From NCBI GenBank assembly GCA_000165425.1, contig CT868385.1, positions 124,001 through 188,000 on the forward strand: a DNA stretch of 64,000 nt, read 5' to 3'. Every line of letters starts with the position of its first letter. Position 1 is the first letter of the stretch. Shown in pieces: positions 1 through 12,649 of the stretch. The notes under the pieces were generated by a model. That model had not been told where the DNA came from. It did no database searches and saw only the letters and a program-made list of their open reading frames with translations. Origin of the DNA: Paramecium tetraurelia (lineage: Eukaryota). Position numbers and translations under genes: made by a program.

Positions 1-113
1 TACTTTTCATCATTATCATAACATACATTGCTCGAATTAGGATTATACGTTGTAGAGTAATTGCCTACAAAGAATTGCGATGAAATTTTATCGAGGAAAT
101 GTAAGCTTGACAT
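1..113 (-). CDS. 5' end of a hypothetical protein, truncated by the window edge (MSSLHFLDKISSQFFVGNYSTTYNPNSSNVCYDNDEK...)
   Basis: ATG at 113-111 after an AT-rich upstream stretch; frame stays open to position 1; no recognisable domain. Confidence 0.45.
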   Translation of the reverse strand, partial: MSSLHFLDKISSQFFVGNYSTTYNPNSSNVCYDNDEK

Positions 114-239
114 AATGGATAAATAAATTCGTTTTATGTGTTATATTAATTATTATATTTCAAGATAATTTTTTTGAGAAACTGTAAATTCCTTTATAAG
201 ATATACTTTTTATTTATAAAAAGAATGCTATCTAATAAG

Positions 240-937
240 TCATATGTTCGATTTAATCCATCTCAAGCGCGCCTATACAGTAATTCCAGATTCAATAGCG
301 TATGCCTTACAAATTTATTTAATGCGTGAATTATAGTTATTGATACTACCACCTTTAAAAAATAAATCACAAGATGCTCTTTATCTAATTATAATTTAAT
401 AGAATACTTTGATACTCTTAAATATGCAAGCACAGTATCAGCAAAAGCATCAAGTATGTCATCTCCCCTATAAGTACACTATAATTAGCATTTGCTATCT
501 CCATTAGTTATTTCAAAATTGATGACCACTAACTCCCAAGGTTTCATTGCCACTTCAAATCCATTATATTCCCTTATATAATATTATTGAGATTTTTAGC
601 TACTATCTTATTGATTGTAGGAAAACTATTGAATTTATTTTTAATTAGGTGAAGTATTGGGTGATGTATTGGGTAATGTATTGGGTGAAGTATTGATGGT
701 AAGCTTATCATTATTGGCATTTCCAAAGCAACTATGATGGATTAAGAACATGCGCTTTAGTTCAGAATAGCATGTCCAATCTTTTGTATCAGAATTAATT
801 CTAAGAAATAAATAAGCTCTATACTATTCCTATTCCTAAATATATTCCAACAAATCACAAACTTCTGTGTATGGGTCCACATCCAAATATATTGTCCTTT
901 GTACTGGCAATATTTCGATTGTGAGAGTGATTGACAT
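240..937 (-). CDS. Tandem ubiquitin-like-domain protein, family copy 1 (ends ARLRWIKSNI)
   Basis: Ciliate-code ORF MSITLTIEILPVQRTIYLDVDPYTEVCDLLEYI...WTCYSELKRMFL...; introns 801-824 and 385-407; clear paralogue of 2184-2776, 62148-62935 and 63084-64000; ubiquitin fold inferred by eye. Confidence 0.75.
648..695 (-). repeat. Four imperfect 12-nt tandem repeats encoding NTSP-NTLP-NTSP-NTSP in the linker of copy 1
   Basis: ggtgaagtattg/ggtgatgtattg/ggtaatgtattg/ggtgaagtattg visible on the + strand. Confidence 0.8.
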
Positions 938-1090
938 AAAATGATTATATATATTTATTAATATCTTCATTTTAATATAAAATGATGAAATCAAGTTTAT
1001 CTTAAGATACTTTTTACACTCTATTTAAACTGCATTCTTATAGTATTTGAACTCTTTTTGGTTTTTATATTACAAATACTTAATAAAAAC
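938..1090 (-). promoter_or_regulatory. Upstream region of copy 1, strongly conserved with the upstream region of copy 2
   Basis: Colinear with 2777-2925; includes an exact 37-bp match actctttttggtttttatattacaaatacttaataaa (1051-1087 vs 2887-2923). Confidence 0.6.
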
Positions 1091-2183
1091 AAATATAAAT
1101 CTGACCTCTAATATAAACAAGTAAAAGGAATTGTAAGAGAGCAAAATCTTATAAATTATTTTTTAATTTCCAAATTTTTTAATCTAAATCAAACAACTAA
1201 TTAACATATTCATCAATTATCAAGAACAGCACTAAAGATTAGCAGTCTTAAGATCATGAGCCTTTTTTAATGATTTTAGTATTCATTTACTCAGGAGGGT
1301 TAATATTATGTAAAAGTTGAAATTTGATTCGCATAATTACGCAATATAATCGCAAATAATGATTCTCAAGACAAAAACCATTTAAATTCCTAACAGCATT
1401 TTTTCAAGTGAATTGATATTTTACAACAATATCCCTAATTAAAAAGAAAAATCCTCTAATTTATAATTCCAGATTCTTGAAAACTGTTAGGTGTATTTTT
1501 GCACTTTATTTAGCCGATCAAGTTAGTCCTAAGTACATCGTAATAGCCATAACTTTCAAGGATGAGGATTCAAATTTAAAATCGATACATTACCAGTTCA
1601 CATACTCAAATTAATATTTGGGTATTAATAAAATAGATTGATATATTTTTGCCTATTTTTCTTTTTAATTTTAATATTATTCTCTTAAAATAAGAAATAT
1701 TTGCAGGGTTGAAAGAAGAATAAGGAGACAACAATTACGAAAATGAATAATTTATGAATTTGATCAAGTATGTTTGAATTGAAGATATTCATCAACTAAA
1801 TTATGGATTTGACAAATTAGCAAACAAGAACACCAATTGCAAAAAAGTTCTTAGAATTTCATCAAATGATATAGGTTAAAAATGTTGGTTAAATTAAATT
1901 ATCTTGGAAGGAATTTAAGATTAATTTGATAATCAACAGATTTAGATTATCATAGTAGAATGAATAAGTTAAAAGATTTTTGTTTCCAGACTTTTGATAG
2001 CATGAGATTTGCTTTATTTGTTTCATAGATAATTTCTGTTATTTCAGTTTCGCCTATCTTATTCATATAAATTTCACTGAGAAAGTTCATTTACCTATAA
2101 TCACAGAAAACTATAAATTTAATCATTAAATGTAATAATAAGAATGCAATTTAATAAATCAAATTTTTTCATCCAATCTCATC

Positions 2184-2776
2184 TCAGATATACTCACCCC
2201 AACTCACACGCACTTATAATGTAGTATTACATCGAATATAAAGCTACTTCAAGCTTAATAGTTTTTTGCCTTATCTAAGCACGCATTAACGGAAAGAAAA
2301 AACACATCGAACATTATATTATTATCCTAAACCTAAATAGTCAAGCACAGCGTCACTTAAATCTTATAGAGTAGCAGATGATTTAAAGGCTCTTGAGTAA
2401 TTTCTTTAAATCATCCCGTCCATTATATCAAAATGGATGGTCATTAAATCCTATGGTACAAAAATGCTTTCGTATTACAGTTATTTAGATTAAGGAAAAT
2501 TACTTTGATATTATGAGTATGATTGAGGTGAAGTATTGATGGTAAGATTATCATTTGTGGCATCTCCAACGAGACTATTATGGTTTAAGAATTTTTTTTA
2601 TAGTTTAGAATAGCATGTCCAATTTTTTGTATCAGAATCAAAACTAAGAATAAATAATCTGTATACCAATACTATTATTAAATACATTCCAATATTTCAT
2701 GAACTTCTGTATCTGGGGCCATTTCCATATTTAATGTCATATTAGATGGCAATATTTCAACTGTGGTCATTGACAT
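2184..2776 (-). CDS. Tandem ubiquitin-like-domain protein, family copy 2 (ends VRVSWGEYI)
   Basis: MSMTTVEILPSNMTLNMEMAPDTEVHEILECI...NWTCYSKLQKKFLNHN...; removing a 23-nt intron at 2644-2666 restores the frame; the family's second intron is absent. Confidence 0.7.
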
Positions 2777-2925
2777 AAAATGATTATATATATTTATTAA
2801 TATTTTCATTTAATATAAAACGATGTAATCAAGTTTATCGTAAACTACTTTTACTCTTTATTTAAACTGCCTTCTTATAGCATCTGACTCTTTTTGGTTT
2901 TTATATTACAAATACTTAATAAAGA
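2777..2925 (-). promoter_or_regulatory. Upstream region of copy 2, a duplicate of 938-1090
   Basis: Direct sequence similarity to 938-1090. Confidence 0.6.
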
Positions 2926-3686
2926 ATAACAAAAATCCAAGTTCTAAATATTTGATACAAATACTTTATAAAATAACAAATTTATAATCTATTTACTAAT
3001 TGTTAAGTTTTAAAGGGACCCAGAATACATGTTATTTAATGATTTCTTAAAATCCTTTTGTAAAACCATGTTATCTTCAAATAAAGGAGAGCTAAACCAT
3101 TGAATATTATTAATAAATCATAATCAAAACGATTTTAAGTAGCTTTTTTAAGAATATTAGTTAAATCTAAATTATTCTTTATAATATTATTGATCAATTA
3201 TGAAATGGCAATAATTTGCTCTAATGCAAACTAACATAAATTAACCTCATATACCAAACACTTTTGAAATTTATAGAGTAGATATGGATTAGATTATTAT
3301 TTGCTATGATATTTCTATTAAATTATTTTTACTCAATTTAAAATGAGATTTATTCAATCAGTCATTTTTTTTCCGCAAGAATAGTATAAAATTAATACAT
3401 TTTTATTACTTAAATAATTTTTTTCTCTATTTGATTAGATTACGAAGTTGAATTAATGAATATTTAATTTAACAATGTTCATATGTAGATATAGATGACA
3501 TTCTATTTGATATGAGAATGAGATGTCAAAGGAATCAGCTATTCGTAATTTAATTAAGACTTAATGGAGAAAAGAGATTTTAACTAAAGAGAGGTGAATA
3601 AGCTATAAATTAATGTTATAATAATTAGTATAATCGGAGTTATAAAATGATTAGCGGAGATATATATATTATTTTTATTATTTTAT

Positions 3687-5161
3687 ATGGGTAGTGGGTA
3701 GAATCGATAATTAAATGTGCCAGTTGTCTATCTTGAAAATCATAAAAATGTTGGCAGTTATAGATTCTTATAGAATTAGAGACAAAACATTCCAAAAGCA
3801 TATTTAAAAATAGAACCAAATTATTCAAAGATTGAACGATTAGAAACAATCAATAGTGCTGTTGTGCATGGAGTTGTAGGACTCAAAAATCTGGGGAATA
3901 CATGCTACTTTAATACTGCCATTCATTGTATCAGTCATACTCAACCTCTTGTGGACTATTTCTTGTCTAAAGCCTATAAAGTTAATTCTTCTTGTCCAAC
4001 ATCTGGAAATATAACGAAAGCCTTTGTATCTCTAATGGAACAAATATGGGATGATGAAAATTGTTTTGCAGAATCCAAGGATTTTAAATAACTTGTTTAA
4101 GGTTAAAAACTTAAGCCATATAATAAATGCATCAACCCAATCAAGCTTTTAAATCTCTTGCAAAAGTATAGCAAACGATTTGCATTAGGAGGTAATCAAA
4201 TTGTTATTATTCGTCAGATTAGGAAGATTGCTAAGAATTATTGTCTTATCTTCTTGACTTGCTACATTAAGAATTAAATAGATCGTAGCCTAACTCTAAA
4301 AGCATAACAAAAGATTACACAGGTGAGTATGTTGACCCCAAGTGGGCAGCAGATAGCTGGGGTGAGCATTTGAAGATCAATAGAAGCATCATTGTGGATT
4401 TGTTCTAAGGACAATTAAAATCTACATGTTAATGCCAAGAATGTGGATTCTAAAGTCATAAATTTGAACCCTTCCTCTTCCTCAATCTTCCAATACCTAA
4501 ATAAAAAGTGTCAATCTACAAATGTCTAGACTTATTCCAAGAACCAGAACTCTTATCAGGTTCCTGCCAATGGAAATGTCCCAATTGCAAAATCAACAGG
4601 GACTTCAAAAAGCAGATTCAACTCTGGAAATTACCTAATCAACTCATTATTCATCTAAAAAGATTTGAATTTCATCATAGAAAACAGGTCAAACTAAATA
4701 CAGTCGTTGAATTTCCATTGGAATTGGATATGGCTTAATACTGTGTTGATTAGGCCATTTCATGTTATTAACTCTATGCAGTGGCACAACATGATGGATC
4801 CTCTTATGGTGGCCATTATGTTGCTCTATGTAAAGCTTAGAATAATAATTGGTACATGTACAATGATGATCAAGTGTTTCGAATTTAAGATGTTAAAAAA
4901 ATGGTATAAAATGAGTATGCTTACATGCTCTTTTATTAAAGATATGATAATATCTACAGATAAACATTAAATAAACCAGAAGCATGGCCTCATTTCAGGT
5001 TACCAAAAATATCACAAACTACTCACTTGATGGTTTAAACTGATAGGAAATCTTAAGATTCCAGTCCGAACTAACTAGAATCAACACCTTTAGATAACTA
5101 AACTGGAGTTATAAGTTAATAAAGATCATAATAAGATATAAAATTCAACTCTATTGCATGA
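3687..5161 (+). CDS. Ubiquitin carboxyl-terminal hydrolase (USP family, peptidase C19)
   Basis: Cys box GLKNLGNTCYFN; QEDCQE motif after an intron at ~4192-4217; WKCPNCK; LIIHLKRF; His box HDGSSYGGHYVA; YNDD; starts MGSGQN. Confidence 0.95.
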
Positions 5162-5205
5162 TTGTTAACTTTTTATTTTTTTAAGTAATTTTTATTTGAA
5201 TAAAA

Positions 5206-7377
5206 TCATTTAATCTATTTGATTGAAATGTTTGACTTTAGTCTAAACTCCTAAGATGACTTGCATGAAGCTTGCTTTGCAAATTTATTTATCAAATATA
5301 GATTAGAAGCATCCTTTGTAGGTGTAATGCCTTTTACTACACTGTTATTAAAACTATTAACTGTAGGTTCTTTTCTCATTTTAGTAAATTGATTTAATGA
5401 TTTTGATATAGCCAAAATACCTCCATTTGAACTTTTTCTACTTGCATCCACTCTTTATGGTGATTTACTGAATTAAAATTAAACCCCTTCTAATTGTTTC
5501 TTCTATTCCTATAATTAAGTCAATAGATTATTTAGTTATAATATCTCCTACTCCAGTAATGCCTTATTAGGTTTACTTTTTGATAACAGTTATTCTTAAG
5601 TATTTTCTATTGCTTATTTGACAGTACTCAATTACTTTTAGATTTCAGTCTCCTATAAATTAAATTACTCAATCTTTTTCTTAAATTCTAATTCTAATGC
5701 TTAGATTTCCTATTCTACCTTATTTTACTTGTCAAAAAATGGTTTTTCATTTCCACTTACTCTTTCTAAGTCTTTTTTGGCTTTCTGAATTTATTATGCA
5801 ATATTCTTCAATTGAGGAAGTATTTCTTAATCAACCATTTGAATATTGACTTTTATAGCTTAATCTTAAATATAATACTGTTATATTAATTTCATAGTAT
5901 TATTAAATTATTCCTAAATATTATTGATTTAGTACTTCTTCTTGATCCTACATCAGTTATTACATTTCTTTGTAGGTTTAGTCAAGGATAGATTTATACT
6001 CTACATTTCCGTACTACTATTTAATACAACTTAAGTTTTCTTCATTGTGTTCTTGGTACTGAAGAAAAGCATCTTCTGTTTATTATCGAATCCTTTCTTG
6101 AAATGACTCATAAAACCTAGATTTCAATAATAGTGAATACATCTCCCTTTTATAATCTAATGAAGATTTATCATCTTCAAGTTCTCTAATTTACTATTTC
6201 TTAACTTCAACTTAATAATCAATTGAACACACGTCATTAGATAATTGTAATTCATCTCCATGTTATTTTAGGGTACATTTCATATCCTAAGATATGGTTA
6301 AAACTACTTACTGATAATTGATTTTGGACTAATTTTTGTTAGAGAGATGCTAAAATGAAAGATTCTAATTAAATAACGAATTCCTTCATGCTTCCCCAAT
6401 TATTACTCTAATTACCTTATTTGAACAGATTGTTTCTAAATTGTTAAGTGAATGTTTATAATTTGGCTTAAAACTCTATAGATTCTATTTGCAATTAGGA
6501 ACCTCCAAATGAGTTGATAAATTCATTAAGGATTGAGTCAGGATGTTATAAATTTAAACTTTTCTATATAGGTACAATTTTATTTCTTAAAGCTTTCACC
6601 TTTTAGTTCTATTGATGACACTAAACTTCAAGTAATGTAGTTTAATGAAATGAAGCTAATTGTCTTTTTTTGTTTTCTTGTTATTATTGTAAACTTGAAA
6701 TAGAGTTGGTTAATGTTAATATATTTTAATCAATTTCCTTAGCTTTTTAATCGCAATTGTATATCTACTCCACCAATTCTGTTAGTTAGGGATTCTCATT
6801 TTTAACTTATTCAACAAATTCTTCAAGTTCTTCTTTTTAACCAACAAGTTCAGCTCTTTATAAGAGTTTACCATTTAAATCTTCTTACAAGAGTGCTTTG
6901 GTTTCTAAATATTGATTGTGGATATCCTAATAATTATTGCGCTCTTTAACAAAGTATTGATGTTCCTAGTTGATCTACTCATATTATGTTTTTAGTTTAT
7001 TGAATTCGTTTTCGTAGTAATCATAAATGATAGTTTATTGTCTATCTAGATCGTTTTACATTTGCTAAGAACTAATTTAGTGAGAGATCATACTTTTATT
7101 CCTCAATTCTCAAATCCTGTAGCTTTTTTTGATAAACTGATTAATCTAGAGAGGTACTTGACTCGTTTAAGAGTGTAGTAATCTTCTATTTGATGTTATA
7201 TTGGTATTGCATAATTTTGAGATCAATCTATTCCATCTAATCTTATAGATAGTCAGATCCACTATTCAAGACTTCATTGATTATTTTGTGTGAGATGTTG
7301 CTTTGGCGAGTGATAGAGAGGTACTTTGGAGAGTTCTCCTTATTTGAACGTTTTTGAGAGGGACTGTCTGTTATCAT
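5206..7377 (-). CDS. Long coiled-coil hypothetical protein
   Basis: MITDSPSQKRSNKENSPKY...; Q/E/K/L-rich heptad-like sequence; ends KSNISIKQIK-TGA; internal introns not fully resolved. Confidence 0.7.
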
Positions 7378-7456
7378 ATATTTTTAACGATAATTAATAA
7401 ATTTTTTGCTCTTTTTTCTTTAGAAATTTATAAATTATAATTTGTTTTTAAAACCC

Positions 7457-8168
7457 ATGTCCCACATTCAAATAATTGATCAATAATCGAATAGCACGGA
7501 TCACTCCTTTGAAAATCTGTCTGATCAAAATTCTGAAGAGTCCTTCGAAATTGTCTAAAGAAAACTGAGAATCAAAAAATGCTATTAAGAGGAGGAACCA
7601 CTGAAAAAGAAGAAGGACCTTTGTCGAAATTACTAAATGAATGGTTGTTGCAAATATGGAGATCAAGTAATTTTGTTTAAATCTTAATTAGTGTTTTTTT
7701 ATTCATACCCCCGCAAAAACTGAAAGCACTCTCTATTCCTCAACCTCCACAAAGACCAAGCCTTGTAAACGCTATTTTAGTGGTTTCTGTGGTTTTGGAC
7801 CTAAATGTTAGTTTTTACATCATGAATGTATTGACCTTGTAGAATAGAGGGAATTCGTAGAAAAGTAATTTAAAGATTTAAAACTAATGGTTCCTCTGCA
7901 CCCAAGTAAGTTATAATGGATAATTTTTAGAAAAATTAGATTAATCTATTAGGTTTGATTTATAAAGATTTCACCATCTTTACAAAATTTTTGGAAGGAA
8001 ACTTAACTTCAAAAGAGATGATTTGGTTATGAATAATTGCAAAAGGTATTGATTCAATTAATAAATAGTCGATTAAAAATATTTATATCAATTTGTAGGA
8101 AGTAGGATCGATTTGAATAATTGTTAATGTCTAATAACACAAGTAGAAAGGAGAGTGAGCAATGCTGA
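7457..8168 (+). CDS. Tandem CCCH zinc-finger protein (TIS11/ZFP36-like RNA-binding)
   Basis: CRNYQMNGCCKYGDQCFFIH (intron 7667-7691) and KTKPCKRYFSGFCGFGPKCQFLH; further short introns near 7906-7930 and 8045-8068. Confidence 0.9.
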
Positions 8169-8595
8169 ATACTTATAGTTATTTTATAATTAACCCTAAT
8201 TATTTTCATAATATAATTAGATCTTGTAACAGATAACTATTTAATCCTGATTACTTAAATACTTAATTTTTGATTAAGATCAACTTTTAAAGTACCCTTT
8301 TCTATATGATGATAATATTTCTATTTCTTTGATTTAAATTGTTTATAAGTTTATAAGTTTATTTCCAAAATGATTATTTTATCAATCATCCTCTTAATTT
8401 GCCAATTGTAATGAAATCATATCTGATTTTTAGTTGACATTATTTCTTTTTTTATTTAATAAATTAATATTTTGAAGTTACTCTGTCTCTTTTCATTTTA
8501 TCAATCCTTCTTCTGAACTGATTTTCATTGGGAATAGGTGTTTTACAATTCAGATTTGGACATTATATATTTATGATTGATTTTATTATTAAAAA

Positions 8596-11500
8596 TCATA
8601 GTTATATCTCTTGATGTCTTTGTGAACGTCTAACTGAGGAACCACGGCGCAATTCCAATATTCCAGAGGGTTTTCGTTGTTCTTATTCAGTGGATGGTTC
8701 TTCTATAGATTCTGGACATATCTATCATGTATATAATATTTATACTGATTATTCTGGAATTAATTTTAATATGGCACTAACAATCCATCCGATTGCTCCT
8801 ATTAGTATACAAATTAACCATTATTGTATGGTTAATCCATAGTAAGTGTAACATGAGAATGCTATTCCAGCAAAAGTAATTAAGATAATTTAAAGAGCAA
8901 ATATAAAGAATACAATAATGATAAATAGAGAACTAAAATAAAGAGAATAAAATACTTATTGCAGATATTTTCGAATATATTGAATTCGTCATTTAATTTT
9001 CTACTATTTAAGAAATTAAACAATTGCATCATAACAAACATATTGAAGATGAAAGTGAAATGTCTACTGGGAACCATAAACTCTCTATAGACAGGTTCGT
9101 AATCATCCTTGCCATCAACAGTTAACATTCTTCCACTTCTAATCATCAGTTATTCAGGATAGTAATCCAAATTGTATTTTGGATGATTTATATCTGATGG
9201 AAATTCTAATGAATTTTTATCATCTAACCAATTATTCAATCTATCATCAAATCCATCAGTGTATTCAGGGACAAAATGAGGAGCTAAGAATACTGCAATT
9301 AGCATAATTGCCATTTGAAATGCTGCTTAACCTAAAATGTGTTTGAGCATCTTTCTAGTAATTATAGATTAGGCTCTAGAATAAGGTCTATCGTTCAATA
9401 AAACAGGACTAGGAGGTTCAGTGGCTAAGGCTAAAGAAGCAAAGGAATCCATGATTAAATTGACCCATAACATTTAAATAGGTTTAAGAACTTCTTATTT
9501 AAGAACAGCTGAGACAATTAGAGTTAATCCAACAGCAACAATATTTACAGTCAATTGAAATTGAAGGAATTTACGGATGGATTGGAAAATGTTTCTACCC
9601 CACATCACAGCCTTGACAATATCGCTGAAGTTGTCTTCCATTAGAATGATGGCAGCCGCATCTTTAGCAACTTGAGTTCCTGAGATTCCCATAGCAAATC
9701 CAACATCAGCCTTCTTTAAAGCGGGAGCATCATTTGTACCATCTCCAGTAACAGCAACAATATGTTCACAATCCTTTAATCCAACAATCATGGCATATTT
9801 ATCAGTAGGTCTGGATCTTGCCAAGACAGCAATCTATGGATATAATTTCTTAAATGAACCCATATCTCCCAGAGTATCTACTCTTAATTAGGTTCCGTTC
9901 TTTTCAGCTTCACTTTGAGTTCTGGAACATTTACAAGATTCAGTCTGACAATTCTTGCAAACTATTCCTCCTATTTTGTTCATAAATTCAGCACCTTCCA
10001 TTACCAATGCTTTACTATCTCCTGGTTCAATAATACCACATGATAATGCTATTGCTCTTGCAGTTTCAGAGTTATCTCCAGTTACCATTCTAACTTTAAT
10101 GCCTGCTTTCTTGCATAGTGTTACTGCTTCCTTGACTCCTTCTCTTAAATTATCCATTATTCCTAAGAGACACAAGAAAGTCAAGTTGTTTTTCTCGATG
10201 TCATACACTTTTCCATCATTGGTCACTAAGTCTTCTCTTCCATTTAAATCTTTGTAGGCAACACAAATAGTTCTAAGTGATTATTTTGCCATTTCACTAA
10301 TTACATTTTCTATTTATTTAATATCCTATTCTGATAGAGCAACTATTTCATCATTAAATGTATGTTGATGAGAAAGGCCTTTTATTATAATCTCACTGGC
10401 TCCTTTAATATATAAACGATGTATAGGTAAACCATTCTTCTAGGTGGTTATAATTACACTCATTCTCTTTCTACCTGAATTAAATGGTATTTTTTGGAGG
10501 TATTTAACTGAACTTTTTACGCTTTTATAATCAATTTATCCTCTTCTCATATATTCCAATAAAGCAACTTCTGTCTTTGAACCTGATTCTGGATCCAACT
10601 CAGCTGATGAATTACAACAGATTGATTCAACCATCAATTATTTAATTTTACCAAAAACTCCTAAATCTTATTCCCTAGCCAAATAATTAACTTCAATATA
10701 ATTCTGATTCCACATCTTAGTCAAAGTCATCTTATTCATAGTCAAAGTTCCAGTTTTGTCTGAACAAATAGAATCAGCTCCTCCCATAGTTTCACATGCA
10801 TACATCTTTCTAACCAAATTCTTATCATTCATCATCTTTTAAACTGAATATGCCAACGAAATAGTGACTGACAATGGCAATCCTTCAGGAATGGCAACTG
10901 CTAAGACAGTGATACCTAAGATGATGAAATTAAGTATTTCCATCCAATGTTTACTGTGATCCCATTCCCCTTCAATACCTCTTTCAATAGCCAATCTAAT
11001 CATCAATACAATCACAATCAATATGGCAGCATATAATCCAAATTTTCCAATGTCTTCAGCTATGATTGTTAATTTTTCTTATAAAGGAGTCTCTTCATCC
11101 TCTTCCTATTCTAATGATGCCTTGATCTAGCCTAAACACGATAGATCTCCCACAACACAGACCACAAACAGTCCTTCTCCTTCCAGGACTCTAGTGCCTG
11201 ATAATAGAGCTGGAGATGGGATAAGAAATCTATCCTTTTCTCCAAATTCAGCTCCTTCATTAATCAATTCTTCTTTTTTCTACAAACATTGTTACATAGT
11301 TCCTTTCTTTATTGAGTTTGTTTCTCCAGTCATTGATGATTCATCCATCTTGATTTCTGAAGCCTCTATAAGTATTCCATCGGCTGGTATCTCCATGCCT
11401 TCTACTAATTTAATGATGTCTCCAACTAGACAGTTTTCCTCATGCAATCTATGTTCTTTTCCATCACGAATGATAGTCACCATTTTAGACTTCTCACTTA

Positions 11501-12039
11501 CAGCATTTAACTTACGAAATTGCTTTTCTTTTGAGTAATCATTCAAAGCAGCAACATTAGTACAGACCAGTACAGCTACAAATATAGCAAAGCCTTCAAT
11601 CCAAGCTAATGATCTATGTTCATCATCTGAAGTTGCCACTTAAATGATAATACTAGCAAATGCAGCAACTGTCAACACTCTCATAGTGAAGTCACCCATG
11701 GCATCCATCAATAATTCACAATATGTTTAAGGTGGTCTAACAACTCTTTTATTGTGACCATACAATTCTGTCCTTTTATTGATGTCTTGAGTAGCTATCC
11801 CGCCATTAATCGAAGTACACAAACCATCCAATAAACCCTCTAAATTACTAAAAGAAACTCATACCTAAACTTCCTAACTGCTCAAGAAAGTCTATTTCCT
11901 CACACATCCGTCTTCTCTAATTCAAAGTGAATATATTTTGTAATTGCTGAGCTGAGAACTTGAATCCTCCCATATTGAGTCTCATGTCATCCTCTCTGAC
12001 AGTAATGTTCACATCAGTTTTTAAAGGTGAATGATTCAT
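8596..12039 (-). CDS. PMCA: Plasma-membrane-type Ca2+-transporting P-type ATPase (P2B)
   Basis: [85 protein letters not shown]; several short introns. Confidence 0.97.
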
Positions 12040-12378
12040 TAATTTAATGATTAGAATGAAACTTCAAAATTACAAACTAGTTGGAAAGAAACAAAAACTG
12101 TAAACTCTTCTATCTCCCATCCTCGCATATTGAATGGTCCCATCATTCTTTTATTACATGTCTGAACCATATGTATACATTTATGAAAATGCATAATCAT
12201 ATTTGGTTTGAGTGTAACTCTTAACTTCTGATGATGCTATTGCAAAAGAAAATAGTAGTTCACACTTAGCTTCTCGAAAGATTAAAAAATAGAATGAATA
12301 AATGACAGTACATATCATATTAAATCTATGAAGATATAGTTCTTATTTTTAGGATGATTGTGGAGAAATGTGTGGCTT

Positions 12379-12639
12379 ATGATTTCAGGATAAAAAGAAA
12401 CTCTAATTTAATTAATTGACTAACTTAAAATTGATGGGCATAGATGCTATATTACATTTAGAAATGAGAATGAAATAATCTATTTTAAGTCTTTAAATTA
12501 TAAACAGGAAAAGGATTTCGTTTTTCACAAGGCTTTATGCTAGGTTGAAAAAGAGGAATAAATTCGAAAACCAAATGGCAAAAGAATGTGTTATTGTTAA
12601 TAAACAGCGTGTTCTGAATTGATTATATATACTTCATGA
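12379..12639 (+). CDS. Possible small hypothetical protein or gene relic (MISGQKETLIQLIDQLKIDGHRCY...)
   Basis: 87-codon open frame in the ciliate code; no domain; an in-frame TGA lies just upstream. Confidence 0.25.
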
Positions 12640-12649
12640 TTAATTATAA

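Noticed and set aside
8386..8598. About 70 open codons in frame after the PMCA TGA (…QCPNLNCKTPIP…), suggesting stop readthrough
   Set aside because: With a single stop codon, open frames of this length are common; the sequence right after the stop looks like an AT-rich UTR; no conservation evidence is available
9955..11538. Plus-strand ORFs 9955-10257 and 11194-11538 from the track
   Set aside because: Antisense shadows of the PMCA coding sequence
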